Origin: Acinetobacter phage vB_Aba_01KA
Direction: 5' to 3' (one strand)
Sequence record: PV615262.1
Length of the DNA stretch: 39,611 bases
The notes under the pieces are model-generated. The model worked only from the letters and a program-made list of their open reading frames with translations. It was not told the origin of the DNA and did no database searches. The position numbers were made by a program, and so were the translations under genes. Positions 20,094 through 31,948 of this stretch are shown here, in pieces (positions within the stretch are counted from its first letter, which is position 1; each line of letters opens with the position of its first letter).

Positions 20094-20792
20094 ATGGCTA
20101 AAGAGCAGCTGAAGACTTTCACCACTCCGGTAGCTGGTATCGTTGAGCCTTACGCATGGCTGAACAAAGCAGACACCAAGTTTAATGATCGTGGTGAGCA
20201 TAAGGTTAACCTGACATTCGACCTGAGCAACCCGAAGGTCCGTAAGATGATTGATGTCTTACAGAAGATTCACGACGATGCGTATGCGAAAGCACTCGCA
20301 GACCACGAGAAGAACCCGCCTCAGGTTCAGCGTGGCAAGAAGCCTATCGAGCCGCGTGAAGGCGACATGCCGTGGATTGAGAATGGTGACGGTACTGTTA
20401 CCCTTAAGTTTAAATGTTTTGCGTCTTACCTTAAAGACGGCAAGTCCGAGCCTATCGTATTACGGTTCTACGACACCGATGCTAAGTTAATCCGTGACGT
20501 CCCGAATATTGGCGCTGGCTCAAAGCTGAAGGTCAAGTTCAAAGTCCTGCCGTTCAAGTGGAACGCTGCGACTGGTGCAAGCGTTAAGCTCCAGCTTGAG
20601 TCCTGCCTTCTGGTAGAACTGAAGGAGTGGAAAGGTGATGGTGCTGGTGGCGATGGTGGCTGGGGTGATGATGAAGACCTCGGTACTGGCTACAAAGCGT
20701 CAACCGATGGTGACTTCGGTGACGATGACTTCGGTGATGATGGTTCCGAAGGTGGTGACGACTCCAACTCTGGTGGCGATTACGACTTCTAA
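20094..20792 (+). CDS. single-stranded DNA-binding protein (gp2.5)
   Basis: Colinear with T7 gp2.5 (RGKKP, EGDMP, NGDGT, SKLKVK, KWN, GASVKLQLES) and an acidic C-terminal tail ending in F (GGDYDF). Confidence 0.9.
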   Translation: MAKEQLKTFTTPVAGIVEPYAWLNKADTKFNDRGEHKVNLTFDLSNPKVRKMIDVLQKIHDDAYAKALADHEKNPPQVQRGKKPIEPREGDMPWIENGDGTVTLKFKCFASYLKDGKSEPIVLRFYDTDAKLIRDVPNIGAGSKLKVKFKVLPFKWNAATGASVKLQLESCLLVELKEWKGDGAGGDGGWGDDEDLGTGYKASTDGDFGDDDFGDDGSEGGDDSNSGGDYDF

Positions 20793-20799
20793 TGGCCCA

Positions 20800-21243
20800 A
20801 TGGTCTGCAAAACGGGGCACTCTGTGGGTGCCTACCGCTCTGGACTTGAAGCCAAGAACCAGCAGTGGCTGGAACAGAACGGCGTCAAAGCGGAGTACGA
20901 AAGCCATTATATCAACTATGTGATTCCGGCTTCCGACCACAAGTACACACCAGACTTTATCCTTCCCAACGGTATCATCGTGGAGACCAAAGGTATCTTC
21001 GATAGTGATGACCGTAAGAAGCACCTTCTGGTACGAGAACAGCACCCAGAGTTAGACATCCGGTTCGTGTTCTCAAGTTCCCGCTCCAAGCTATACAAAG
21101 GGTCTCCGACCACGTATGGCGCATGGTGCGAAAAGAACGGCTATAAGTATGCCGATAAGTTCATCCCGGTTGAGTGGCTGCGAGAGGCGACTTCACGTCT
21201 GCCTTCAGGTATACTCATTCCCAAGAAGAAAGGAGTTAAGTGA
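20800..21243 (+). CDS. endonuclease I (gp3, Holliday-junction resolvase)
   Basis: AYRSGLE, VIPAS.H.YTPDF.LPNGI.VETKG, SDDRKKHLLVREQHPELDIRFVFSSSRSKLYKGSPTTYG nearly identical to T7 gp3; start taken at ATG 20800 rather than the upstream track start. Confidence 0.9.
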   Translation: MVCKTGHSVGAYRSGLEAKNQQWLEQNGVKAEYESHYINYVIPASDHKYTPDFILPNGIIVETKGIFDSDDRKKHLLVREQHPELDIRFVFSSSRSKLYKGSPTTYGAWCEKNGYKYADKFIPVEWLREATSRLPSGILIPKKKGVK

Positions 21244-21467
21244 TGACTCAAGAAGTTAAGGTCATTCGTCAGCGTCTGACCATTGATAAAATCCCAGTAG
21301 GCTATGCGTTTATCATCCATGGTAAGCCGGGTGAAGTGTACGTGAAGATTAGTAACTCTCACGTCTTCAACCATAAGTTGCTCCAGATGCACACCACGGA
21401 TGCTAACCGTTTCCAACGTCATCTGAACCTCGTAGCTGTAGAGCTGGTGGTGTATGATGGTGAGTAA
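21240..21467 (+). CDS. hypothetical protein (75 aa) between genes 3 and 3.5
   Basis: ORF with overlapping start (ATGA); no T7 counterpart at this position that I recall. Confidence 0.45.
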   Translation: MMTQEVKVIRQRLTIDKIPVGYAFIIHGKPGEVYVKISNSHVFNHKLLQMHTTDANRFQRHLNLVAVELVVYDGE

Positions 21468-21915
21468 GGTTCAGTTCAACCCACGGTCCCGTACTGACGC
21501 TATCTTCGTTCACTGTTCGGCTACCAAGCCAGAGATGGACATCGGGGTAGAGACCATCCGTATGTGGCACAAGCAGCAGGGCTGGCTGGACGTAGGCTAC
21601 CACTTTATCATCAAGCGTGATGGCACTGTGGAAGAGGGTCGCCCGGTCAATGTCGTAGGGTCACACGTTAAGGACTGGAACTCACGGTCTGTAGGCGTAT
21701 GCCTTGTAGGTGGAATTGACGCTAAGGGTCAGTTTGAAGCTAACTTCACTCCAGCCCAGATGAACTCCCTGCGCAACAAGCTGGCTGACCTGAAGGTCAT
21801 GTATCCTCAGGCAGAAATCAAAGCACACCATGACATAGCACCTAAGGCGTGTCCAAGTTTTGACTTGCAACGATGGCTGTCTACCAATGAACTGGTCACT
21901 TCCGACCGTGGATAA
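21454..21915 (+). CDS. lysozyme / N-acetylmuramoyl-L-alanine amidase (gp3.5), also the predicted RNAP inhibitor
   Basis: DAIFVHCSATKP, WLDVGYHFIIKRDGTVEEGR, SIGVCLVGGID, FTPAQM, AHHD.APKACPSFDL, ends ELVTSDRG as in T7 lysozyme. Confidence 0.9.
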   Translation: MMVSKVQFNPRSRTDAIFVHCSATKPEMDIGVETIRMWHKQQGWLDVGYHFIIKRDGTVEEGRPVNVVGSHVKDWNSRSVGVCLVGGIDAKGQFEANFTPAQMNSLRNKLADLKVMYPQAEIKAHHDIAPKACPSFDLQRWLSTNELVTSDRG

Positions 21916-21939
21916 TAAACTCTAAGGGAGAACAACCCA

Positions 21940-22154
21940 ATGATTAAACTTATCGAATTTCTTGGTCGTCTGGTGGTGCGTGGTTATCGTCGTGCTGCGG
22001 TACTGGAACGAAAGGTAGAAAGAAGACTGCGGACGGTGCGGCTAATGCTGCTGCTCTGGCTGACAAGCTGACCATCGCGTCACTGGAAGCTGGCATGAAG
22101 GCTCGTCAGGCTGATACCAAAGCTGACCAGTTGGCTCAGTTCTTCAAAGCCTAA
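21940..22154 (+). CDS. hypothetical small protein, probably about 70 aa with one frameshift
   Basis: ATG 21940 after AAGGGAGA; frame A gives 43 aa; the -1 frame continues without stop to TAA 22152-22154 (...AANAAALADKLTIASLEAGMKARQADTKADQLAQFFKA). Confidence 0.35.
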
Positions 22155-22172
22155 ACTATCACCTTAGGGATG
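22150..22172 (+). promoter_or_regulatory. phage promoter variant (CACCTTAGGGA core)
   Basis: CCTAAACTATCACCTTAGGGATG; two core mismatches, likely a weak promoter ahead of gene 4. Confidence 0.45.
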
Positions 22173-22222
22173 GGACAATGAGTCCTGTCCCTTTGTTCGC
22201 ATTTGTGACTAAGGAGTGACCA

Positions 22223-23921
<1,699 letters not shown>

Positions 23922-23936
23922 TTATGAGAAGTATAA

Positions 23937-24119
23937 ATGGAGGGTTCCATTCTAATGTTACGAAAACTTAAAGCTCGCTACCATCGGTTCATGTACAAAT
24001 GGTGGAGTGACGAAGCAACCTGCCTATCCAACATTCTGGGAGACCAAAGGTTCGACTCCGAGGCATGGAAGAAAGCTAACCGGAAATTCATGTACCACTT
24101 CTTGCGTACAGACTTCTAG
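23937..24119 (+). CDS. hypothetical protein (60 aa; alternative start 23955)
   Basis: GGAGGG RBS before ATG 23955; position of T7 genes 4.3-4.7. Confidence 0.4.
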   Translation: MEGSILMLRKLKARYHRFMYKWWSDEATCLSNILGDQRFDSEAWKKANRKFMYHFLRTDF

Positions 24120-24120
24120 G

Positions 24121-24165
24121 TCTAGACTCAAGGTCATTCACAGCGAGTGGCCTTTATGATTAGAC
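24121..24165 (+). promoter_or_regulatory. conserved RNA hairpin, probable RNase III site (R4.7-like)
   Basis: TCTAGACTCAAGGTCATTC-ACAGC-GAGTGGCCTTTATGATTAGAC; third copy of the box, with compensatory stem changes. Confidence 0.5.
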
Positions 24166-24182
24166 TAAACGGAGGATTAACC

Positions 24183-26353
24183 ATGTTTGACCTTAAGAGT
24201 ATCTGGGGTTCTGACATCGAGACCAACGGTCTCCTTGACACCGTGTCCCAGTTCCACTGTGGGGTCCTGATTAACGCCGAGTCGAATGAGACCCTTAAGT
24301 ACGGGGTAGCTCCGATGGTCGGTATCGTCGGTGGCTTCAAAGAGTATGTGCATAAAGTGGAAGAGATTGCCGCATCACCTGATGGTATGCTGGTATTCCA
24401 TAACGGTATCAACTATGACGTCCCGGCTATAGACAAGCTGAAGCGTTTGTACTTTGGGAAACGCTTTAACTTCCCGAAACATAAGATGATTGATACCTTG
24501 GTGCTGGGACGCTTGATGTATCCAAACATTAAGTTCTCAGACATGGGCGCAGTGAAAGCTGGTCGTCTGCCGCCTAAGATGATGGGACGCCAGTCTCTTG
24601 AGGCTTGGGGCTATCGTCTCGGTGAGATGAAGGGTGAGTACAAACACGATTACGTTGCCAAATGCAAGGCTGAGGGTATCGAATATAAGGCTGGGGACGA
24701 ATGGTTGTTCCCGTCTCAGGAGATGCTGGACTATAACGTTCAAGACGTTGTGGTCACACTGGCGTTGTTCAAGAAGTTCCTGACTGACAAGTATTACTTC
24801 CAGTCTGAACAGTTCGCTTTCGACCAGATTTATGCGTTGCGTCTTGAACATGATGCTGCGTGGACCTGTGCGAAGATGGAACGTAACGGCTATCCGATGA
24901 ACACCGAGATGGTCGAAGGCTTATACCGTGAACTCACCGTCAAACGTGCAGAGCTACTGGACAAGCTGCGTTCGACTTTTGGTAGCTGGTATGCACCGAA
25001 GGGAGGCAAGGAGTTCTTCAAGCACCCACGGACAGGTAAGGACCTTCCTAAGTATCCTAGAGTCGTGTATCCCAAGGTCGGTGGAATCTTTAAGAAGCCG
25101 AAGAACAAAGCTCAACGCTTAGGTCTTGAACCCTGTGAACGCGATACGCGAGACACGATGGAGGGAGCACCATTCACGCCAATCACTTACGTTGAGTTTA
25201 ATCCGGAAGCGGAGACCACTTAGCGAAAGTTCTGATTGAGCGTGGCTGGGAGCCTGTGGACTTCACTGACACAGGGAAACCTGTAGTCGATGACGAGACG
25301 TTAGAACACGTTAAGTTACCAGACGAAGAGGCTCAGGCTTGCGTAGAGCTTGTCCGTGAGTATCTGGTAGTCCAGAAGCGCATCGGTCAGGCTGCTGAAG
25401 GTAAGAACGCATGGTTGAAACTTGTAGGTCCAGACGGACGTATGCACGGTTCAATCAACCCATGCGGTGCAGTAACCGGACGTGCGACTCACAGTTCACC
25501 AAACATGGCTCAAGTCCCAGCTAACGGTGCTCCATACGGTGAGACTTGCCGTGGTGCTTTCGGTGCAGCTTGGAACAAGACGGATGGTAAGCCAGACCCT
25601 TGGATTCAAGTTGGTGTGGATGCTTCAGGTCTTGAGCTTCGTTGTCTGGGGAACCGAGCGGCTCCGTTTGATGGTGGCGACTATGCGAAGACTGTGGTCG
25701 AAGGTGACATCCACTGGGCCAACGCAGTAAACGCTGGGTTAGCACCTAACGTCCCACGCGATAAGTCTAACCACGACCATGAGGCTTTCCGTAACAACGC
25801 TAAGACGTTCATCTATGCGTTCCTGTATGGTGCAGGAGCCGCTAAGATTGGACTGATAGTCGGCGGTGGTAAGAAGGAAGGTTCAGCTCTCATGAAGAAA
25901 TTCATTGAGGGTACACCAGCCATCAAGGACCTCAGGGAAGCTGTGAGTAGTACGTTAATATCAGACTCTAAGTGGGTGGATGGAGAGAACATCGTTAAGT
26001 GGAAACGCCGTTGGCTGCGTGGACTTGATGGTCGCCGTATCCACATCCGGTCGCCACACTCAGCACTTAACGCTCTACTTCAGGGTGATGGTGCGGTTGT
26101 CTGTAAGCACTGGATTGTCGAGACCGAACGTATGCTGGAAGCCGAAGGATACGTCCACGGCTGGGATGGAGACTTTGCGTACATGGCATGGGTGCACGAT
26201 GAGCTACAAATTGCGTGTAAAAACAATGACATAGCTGAACGTGTTGTACAGATTGCTCAACTAGCTATGCGTAAGGTTGGCGAGTTCTATAACTTTAAAT
26301 GTGTCCTTGATACCGAAGGTAAGATTGGACCAACGTGGAAGGAGTGTCACTAA
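24183..26353 (+). CDS. DNA polymerase (gene 5, family A), one apparent frameshift near 25200-25230
   Basis: 3'-5' exonuclease motif DIETNG, HNGINYDVPA, LEAWGYRLGEMKG, YNVQDVVVT, then polymerase motifs (RATHSSPNMAQVP, GVDASGLELRCL, NAKTFIYAFLYGAG, HAWVHDE) colinear with T7 gp5. Start taken at ATG 24183 (RBS GGAGG). Confidence 0.9.
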
Positions 26354-26637
26354 TGGCTATTACTAAACGTATTCGTGTAAGTTTTGATCTTAAGATGGTT
26401 TTTCCAACAGACGGTGAGGAGACCATGTGTCGCCAGCTGGTAGAGCTGACCAAAGGTTTCACCGATGGTAAAAAGCTGGACGGGCTTCAGGTTGCTCTGG
26501 TTAAAGCAGCCGTTGAGTCTGGACCGGAAGCAGCCCTTGAGCTGGCACTGAAGAATACCATAAAGGAGGAGATTGTGGAGGCGTTCGACGACGACCAGTT
26601 CAATGTCTCCAACTTCCGCTTTGAGGTGAAACGATGA
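26353..26637 (+). CDS. small protein, possible gp5.5 homolog
   Basis: MAITKRIRVSFDL N-terminus resembles the T7 gp5.5 start as I recall it (MAMTKRFKVSFD); ATG overlaps the gene 5 stop. Confidence 0.45.
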   Translation: MAITKRIRVSFDLKMVFPTDGEETMCRQLVELTKGFTDGKKLDGLQVALVKAAVESGPEAALELALKNTIKEEIVEAFDDDQFNVSNFRFEVKR

Positions 26638-26819
26638 GCGAATACTTACGGGTCCTAGCGGCCCTTAAGTCCTGCCCGAAGACCTTCCAGTCCAACTATG
26701 TGCGCAACAACGCTGCACTAGTGGCTGAGGCTGCGAGTCGTGGACATCTAAGCTGCCTGTCTATGGACGGGCGTAACAACGGTGCGTGGGAGATTACCGC
26801 TGCTGGCACCAGTTCCTGA
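26634..26819 (+). CDS. small protein (61 aa), position of T7 genes 5.5-5.9
   Basis: Overlapping start; identity by synteny only. Confidence 0.4.
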   Translation: MSEYLRVLAALKSCPKTFQSNYVRNNAALVAEAASRGHLSCLSMDGRNNGAWEITAAGTSS

Positions 26820-26838
26820 GCCAACACGGAGGCTGTCT

Positions 26839-27063
26839 ATGAACCAAGACGTATCAGGACGCGAACTTAAGGTAGGACAGAAGGTTGCTTTCTGTCTTGC
26901 TGGAAAATCATACGCAATGTGTATAGGCGAAGTCGTCCGGGTAATGCCTAAGACGGTAGCCATCAAGCATAAGACATTTATTCGCTGGGAGGAGTTACCG
27001 AGGAAGTCGAGACGGTACGTGCATTCTCTTCAGTGTGTATCGTTGAGGAGGCGTAATGTCTGA
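26839..27063 (+). CDS. hypothetical protein (74 aa from ATG 26839)
   Basis: RBS ACGGAGG before ATG 26839; upstream part of track ORF 26782 is probably not coding. Confidence 0.4.
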   Translation: MNQDVSGRELKVGQKVAFCLAGKSYAMCIGEVVRVMPKTVAIKHKTFIRWEELPRKSRRYVHSLQCVSLRRRNV

Positions 27064-27922
27064 CAAGAAGATAGCTCTGGTTCTGGATGGCGACTATCTG
27101 GTATTCTCTTCTATGGCTGCGGCTGAGGATGAGACCGATTGGGGCGATGACATCTGGACCCTTATCTGCGACCACGAGAAGGCTCGTCGTATCCTTGAGA
27201 ACACCATAGCTGAAATCATTAAGAAGCGAAAGGCGTGGAAAGACGCTAAGATTGTGATGTGCTTCACCGATGACGTGAACTGGCGCAAGGACGTCCTGCC
27301 CACCTATAAGGCCAACCGTAAGGGTTCACGTAAGCCTGTAGGTTACAAGAAGTTCGTAGCCGAAGTGATGGCTGACCCACGGTTCAACAGCTTCCTGCGT
27401 CCTACGCTTGAGGGCGATGACTGTATGGGCATAATCGGGACCCGACCTCAGATTGTCGGATGTGACCATGCGGTTCTGGTGTCCTGTGACAAGGACTTCA
27501 AGACCATCCCAAACTGTGAGTTCTTCTGGCTAACCACTGGTGAAATCCTGAGTCATACGACTGCCGAGGCAGACTACTGGCACATGGAGCAGGCCATCAA
27601 GGGTGACACTACAGATGGCTACGGCGGTATTCCGGGGATGGGCGAGGACACCACCCGTGCGTTCCTTGACGAGCCGTACTACTTCGTGCAGGAGAGCCGT
27701 GAGCTTAAGACTGGCAAGAACAAAGGACAGATTAAGACTGAGTGGAAGAAGTATCCAAAGCGCGAAGACATGACGCTGTGGGACTGCATGGTGACTCTGG
27801 CTGCTAAAGCTGGGATGACCGAGGAGGAACTTCTGGTCCAAGCTCAGGTCGCTCGTATTTGTCGAGCATCTGACTATGACCCTAAGTCCAAGGAGGTCAT
27901 CCTGTGGACACCATCCATGTAA
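27056..27922 (+). CDS. 5'-3' exonuclease (gene 6)
   Basis: FTDDVNWRKD, YKANRK, PVGY, LEGDDCMG, SCDKDFKTIPNCEFFW, IKGDTTDGYGGIPG, LWDCM..AKAGMTEEE colinear with T7 gp6. Confidence 0.9.
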   Translation: MSDKKIALVLDGDYLVFSSMAAAEDETDWGDDIWTLICDHEKARRILENTIAEIIKKRKAWKDAKIVMCFTDDVNWRKDVLPTYKANRKGSRKPVGYKKFVAEVMADPRFNSFLRPTLEGDDCMGIIGTRPQIVGCDHAVLVSCDKDFKTIPNCEFFWLTTGEILSHTTAEADYWHMEQAIKGDTTDGYGGIPGMGEDTTRAFLDEPYYFVQESRELKTGKNKGQIKTEWKKYPKREDMTLWDCMVTLAAKAGMTEEELLVQAQVARICRASDYDPKSKEVILWTPSM

Positions 27923-28048
27923 TTTACTGGGTCGGACTTCTGGCCCTTTACTGCATGTACAAGTGGTTCGGGTCGAACAACCGTCCTAAACACTGAGTCT
28001 AACCGATAGTCATATCCTATCAATACAACAGTCATCCATAGGTGAAAC

Positions 28049-28071
28049 ACTAAACTATCACTATAGGGACT
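28049..28071 (+). promoter_or_regulatory. phage RNA polymerase promoter (phi6.5-equivalent)
   Basis: CACTAAACTATCACTATAGGGACTT. Confidence 0.8.
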
Positions 28072-28132
28072 TTAGGACCTAAGATATGACTATAAGATAG
28101 ACTTTAGTCTTAACTTAAAGAGGAGATTCAAG

Positions 28133-28405
28133 ATGGCGATTAATGCTATTGAAAACGTTGTTAAGCAGTTACAGGAAGAAAGACTTGATGTCCCTAACAT
28201 CTCCCAGTCTGCCATCCAGTTCCTGCACGTACTGTTCAACGCAAGCTACGCTGAGAAGATGGGAGCTATCAGTCTCCTCAAGCAGCAAGGCTACAGCGAT
28301 GCGTTCATTGCCGGGTTTATCAAGGGTCTCCAGTATTGTTCTGACACTCTCGACTCTGCGATTGCTATGCGTCGTGAGCTGAAAGATACCGTTCAGTTTG
28401 ATTAA
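28133..28405 (+). CDS. hypothetical protein (90 aa), position of T7 gene 6.5
   Basis: RBS AGAGGAGA; synteny only. Confidence 0.5.
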   Translation: MAINAIENVVKQLQEERLDVPNISQSAIQFLHVLFNASYAEKMGAISLLKQQGYSDAFIAGFIKGLQYCSDTLDSAIAMRRELKDTVQFD

Positions 28406-28419
28406 CTGTAGGAGGGACT

Positions 28420-28644
28420 ATGTGTTTCAGTCCAAAGATTAGCACTCCGAAGCCTTCGGTCCAAGCACCTGAACCAGCACCTCTGAGTGAGGAAGTTGCG
28501 TCAGTTGACATCGGGGCTGAATCGGATGTGGACACCAACGAGACCAAAGGTATCAAAGACCTTAAGGTCAAGAAGGAGTCTGCACCTAAAGATAAATCGT
28601 CAGTGAGTCGCGCTATGCGAGCCTCTGGCGTAAACATGGGGTAA
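28420..28644 (+). CDS. gp6.7-like virion protein
   Basis: MCFSPKISTPKP N-terminus as in T7 gp6.7 (from memory); RBS GGAGGG. Confidence 0.55.
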   Translation: MCFSPKISTPKPSVQAPEPAPLSEEVASVDIGAESDVDTNETKGIKDLKVKKESAPKDKSSVSRAMRASGVNMG

Positions 28645-28648
28645 GACA

Positions 28649-29071
28649 ATGCTACCATATCTCAACTCACGCGAAGGTCGCCACATGTGCGCTTGTCGCC
28701 TCTGGGAAGACGGGCAGTCTAACTTCAAGTCATTCGAGGACTTCAAGGCTCATACTTACCGTATGGCTGACGAGTTCGACGGTGAAGAATACACAATCTA
28801 CGATGTCTCAGGTCAACCAGTAGCGTATCTCTACATGCTGGCTACCGCATCTTGGCACAGACCGACTCCCGGTCTTGACCTTTCAATCGTCGCTATTCGT
28901 CGTGACTCGCAGTCCTCCCGCAAGGTTCTTGAGACTGTCAGACACATCATAGACGAAGAGTGCAAGCGTTGGGGTCTTGGCTGGTATTCTCGTGTCAAGC
29001 ATGTTTCTGGGTCGGTAGACATCGTAACAACCAAGTGCGTTAGCACGAACAAGGAGATTAACCGTGGGTAA
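28649..29071 (+). CDS. gp7-like protein (host-range/virion assembly), 140 aa
   Basis: Size and position match T7 gene 7. Confidence 0.5.
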   Translation: MLPYLNSREGRHMCACRLWEDGQSNFKSFEDFKAHTYRMADEFDGEEYTIYDVSGQPVAYLYMLATASWHRPTPGLDLSIVAIRRDSQSSRKVLETVRHIIDEECKRWGLGWYSRVKHVSGSVDIVTTKCVSTNKEINRG

Positions 29072-29317
29072 ATCAATCAGTAAGGCTTTCAAGAAAGTGG
29101 TGAAAAGTACGTTAGGGACCGTTGGTCTTGGCTCTGACGATGCACCTAAGGTTGTTGCGGCTCAGACCCAGCACCAGCAGCACCAGTGGAAGTACCGAAC
29201 GATAAAGTGGAAGATGTGGATACCGAAGCAACCGCATCTGACGAGAAGAAAGTGAAGCGTTCAGGTAAGCGGAGCCTTCAGGTCTCTCGCACCTCTGGTG
29301 GCGGTATTTCTATTTAA
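29064..29317 (+). CDS. gp7.3-like tail protein, one apparent frameshift
   Basis: GTG start MGKSISKAFKKVVK; the alternative frame downstream reads ...VEVPNDKVEDVDTEATASDEKKVKRSGKRSLQVSRTSGGGISI-stop (29315-29317), matching the T7 gp7.3 C-terminus style. Confidence 0.55.
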
Positions 29318-29328
29318 GGAGGTGACGA

Positions 29329-30895
29329 ATGGCTGAACGTGAAGGCTTTGCTGCCGAAGGAGCCAAAGCGGTCTATGACCGTCTGAAGAACGGACGACAG
29401 CCATATGAGACGCGCGCTCAAAACTGTGCTGCTGTCACTATCCCGTCACTGTTTCCTAAGGAGTCCGACAACTCGTCTACTGAATATACCACTCCGTGGC
29501 AAGCTGTAGGTGCTCGCTGTTTGAACAACTTGGCTGCAAAGCTGATGTTGGCGTTATTCCTCAGTCACCATGGATGCGACTTACAGTCTCAGAATATGAG
29601 GCCAAGACCTTGAGTCAGGACTCAGAGGCTGCTGCTCGTGTTGACGAAGGGCTGGCTATGGTCGAGCGCGTGTTGATGTCCTACATGGAGACCAACAGTT
29701 TCCGTGTGCCATTGTTCGAAGCTCTGAAGCAGCTTATCGTCTCCGGTAACTGTCTACTCTACATTCCAGAGCCTGAACAGGGTACTTACAGTCCTATGCG
29801 AATGTACCGCTTAGTGTCTTACGTTGTTCAACGTGATGCATTCGGTAACATCTTGCAGATTGTGACTTTAGACAAGGTAGCGTTTAGTGCTCTACCGGAA
29901 GACGTGAAGTCTCAACTCAACGCAGAAGACTATGAGCCTGACACAGAGCTGGAAGTGTATACGCACATCTATCGTCAGGACGACGAGTATCTACGCTATG
30001 AGGAAGTGGAAGGCATTGAGGTAGCAGGGACCGATGGTTCTTACCCACTGACTGCCTGTCCATACATCCCGGTACGAATGGTTCGACTGGACGGTGAAGA
30101 CTATGGTCGCTCTTATTGCGAGGAGTATCTGGGAGACCTGAACTCGCTGGAGACGATTACAGAAGCTATCACCAAAATGGCTAAGGTAGCCTCCAAGGTG
30201 GTGGGCCTCGTTAACCCGAACGGTATCACGCAACCTCGTCGTCTGAATAAGGCGGCTACAGGTGAGTTCGTGGCTGGTCGCGTTGAGGACATCAACTTCC
30301 TGCAACTGACGAAAGGTCAGGACTTTACGATTGCTAAATCGGTGGCTGACGCTATCGAGCAGCGTCTAGGCTGGGCCTTCCTTCTTAATAGTGCTGTTCA
30401 GCGTAATGCCGAGCGAGTCACTGCTGAAGAGATTCGTTATGTTGCTGGCGAACTGGAGGCGACCTTAGGTGGTGTGTACTCAGTACAATCCCAAGAGCTT
30501 CAGTTACCTATCGTCCGTGTGCTGATGAACCAACTTCAGTCTGCTGGCATGATTCCTGACCTTCCGAAGAAGCGGTAGAGCCTACTGTCTCCACTGGTCT
30601 TGAAGCTCTGGGCCGTGGTCAGGACTTGGAGAAGCTGACTCAGGCGGTTAACATGATGACAGGTATTCAGCCGCTATCTCAGGACCCGGACATCAACTTG
30701 CCGACCCTTAAGCTGAGACTCCTGAACGCTCTGGGCATCGACACCGCTGGCCTACTCCTGACGCAAGACGAGAAGATGCAACGTATTGCTGAACAATCTG
30801 CTCAAGGAGCTGTGGTCAACGGTGCGTCTGCTGCTGGCGCTAACATGGGAGCTGCTGTAGGTCAGGGAGCTGGTGAGGACATGGCTCAAGCCTAA
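29329..30895 (+). CDS. portal (head-tail connector) protein gp8, two apparent frameshifts
   Basis: YETRAQNCA, TIPSLFPK, TPWQAVGAR, LMLALF, MRLT.SEYEAK, YRLVSYVVQRDAFGN, CPYIPVRMVRLDGEDYGRSY, NSAVQR..ERVTAEEIRYVA colinear with T7 gp8; shifts at a CC run near 29545 and a GG run near 30575; C-terminal piece 30626-30895. Confidence 0.9.
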
Positions 30896-30913
30896 ACTAT
30901 CACTATAGGAACA
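30891..30913 (+). promoter_or_regulatory. phage RNA polymerase promoter (phi9-equivalent)
   Basis: CCTAAACTATCACTATAGGAACA; overlaps the portal stop. Confidence 0.8.
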
Positions 30914-30915
30914 AC

Positions 30916-31009
30916 TAGAGCCACTCAAAGTGGGACTTACTGTAGCGCAAACAATGACCGTGGGTAGTGAGCCTAGGTCATCCTACAGGTCCTACTTTGA
31001 GTGGCTCTA
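30916..31009 (+). promoter_or_regulatory. large nested inverted repeat (structured 5' leader of the gene 9 transcript)
   Basis: Perfect 16-bp arms TAGAGCCACTCAAAGT (30916-30931) and ACTTTGAGTGGCTCTA (30994-31009); inner pairs CTGTAG/CTACAG and ATGACC/GGTCAT. Confidence 0.55.
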
Positions 31010-31039
31010 CCTATTAACGACTTAAAGGAGAATGACTTA

Positions 31040-31924
31040 ATGTCTCAATCAGTTTATGCCGAGTTCGGCGTTAGCTCTAATGCAATCACTGGTTCCGTTG
31101 AGGACCTGAACGAACACCAAAAGTCTATGCTTGAACAGGACGTAGCTGTTCGCGATGGCGACGACGCTATTACCTTCAAGCAACTGGAAGCCGAAAACGA
31201 AGAGGCGACTGAAGAAGACGAAAACGTCGAAGAGACTGAAGGTGAAGAAGACCACGAGTCCGATGACGAAGAGTCTGAGACAGATGGTGAGCAGCCTGAG
31301 TTCATCGAACTGGGTGATGCACCGAAAGAGCTGACCGAAAGTGTCACCGCTCTGGATGAAAACGAAGCTGCATTTGACGACATGGTGTCTTCTGCTGTAG
31401 AAGCCGGCAAGGTCACTGCTGATGAAATTACCGCTATCAAGGCTGAATACGCCAAGGACGGTAAGCTGTCTGACGCATCCTACGCTAAGTTGCAGGAAGC
31501 AGGTTACACCAAGCGTTTCGTAGATTCGTTTGTCCGTGGTCAGGAAGCGCTGGCTGAACAGTATGCTGCTGGTGTGGTTCGCTACGCTGGTGGAGCTGAA
31601 CAGTTTAACCGCATCCTGTCTCACCTTGAGTCAAACGACCCGTCAACTCGTGAGGCACTGGAAGCTGCTATCGTTCGTAAGGACATTGCTACTACCAAAG
31701 CACTGCTGAATCTGGCTGGCAAGACTCTGGGTAAAGCTGTGGGTGTTAAACCTCAGCGTACCATCACCACGCAGGCTAAACCTGTGGTCGCACCTAAGGC
31801 TCCTCAGACCGAAGCATTCAGCTCCAAGGCTGACATGATTAAGGCTATGAGTGACCCGCGATACCTGCGTGACGCTAAATACACGATGGAAGTTCGCGCT
31901 AAGGTAGCTGCCTCAAGCCTGTAG
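31040..31924 (+). CDS. capsid assembly (scaffolding) protein gp9
   Basis: VYAEFGV, ARDGDDAI, highly acidic central region, SYAKL.E.GYTK.F.DS..RGQEAL.EQY, ends MIKAMSDPRY as in T7 gp9; start at ATG 31040 after AAGGAGAA rather than the longer track ORF. Confidence 0.85.
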   Translation: MSQSVYAEFGVSSNAITGSVEDLNEHQKSMLEQDVAVRDGDDAITFKQLEAENEEATEEDENVEETEGEEDHESDDEESETDGEQPEFIELGDAPKELTESVTALDENEAAFDDMVSSAVEAGKVTADEITAIKAEYAKDGKLSDASYAKLQEAGYTKRFVDSFVRGQEALAEQYAAGVVRYAGGAEQFNRILSHLESNDPSTREALEAAIVRKDIATTKALLNLAGKTLGKAVGVKPQRTITTQAKPVVAPKAPQTEAFSSKADMIKAMSDPRYLRDAKYTMEVRAKVAASSL

Positions 31925-31925
31925 G

Positions 31926-31948
31926 ACTAAACTATCACTATAGGGAGA
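31926..31948 (+). promoter_or_regulatory. phage RNA polymerase promoter (phi10-equivalent, closest to full T7-like core)
   Basis: CTAAACTATCACTATAGGGAGACC. Confidence 0.85.

Noticed and set aside
28071-28132. Possible RNase III hairpin in the gene 6.5 leader (repeated CTTTAG motifs)
   Set aside because: The repeats are direct, not inverted, and I could not find a convincing stem.
31049-31624. 191-aa and 133-aa minus-strand ORFs
   Set aside because: Antisense to the scaffold gene, whose repetitive acidic codons (GAA/GAC) give Ser/Phe-rich antisense frames without stops; not credible coding.
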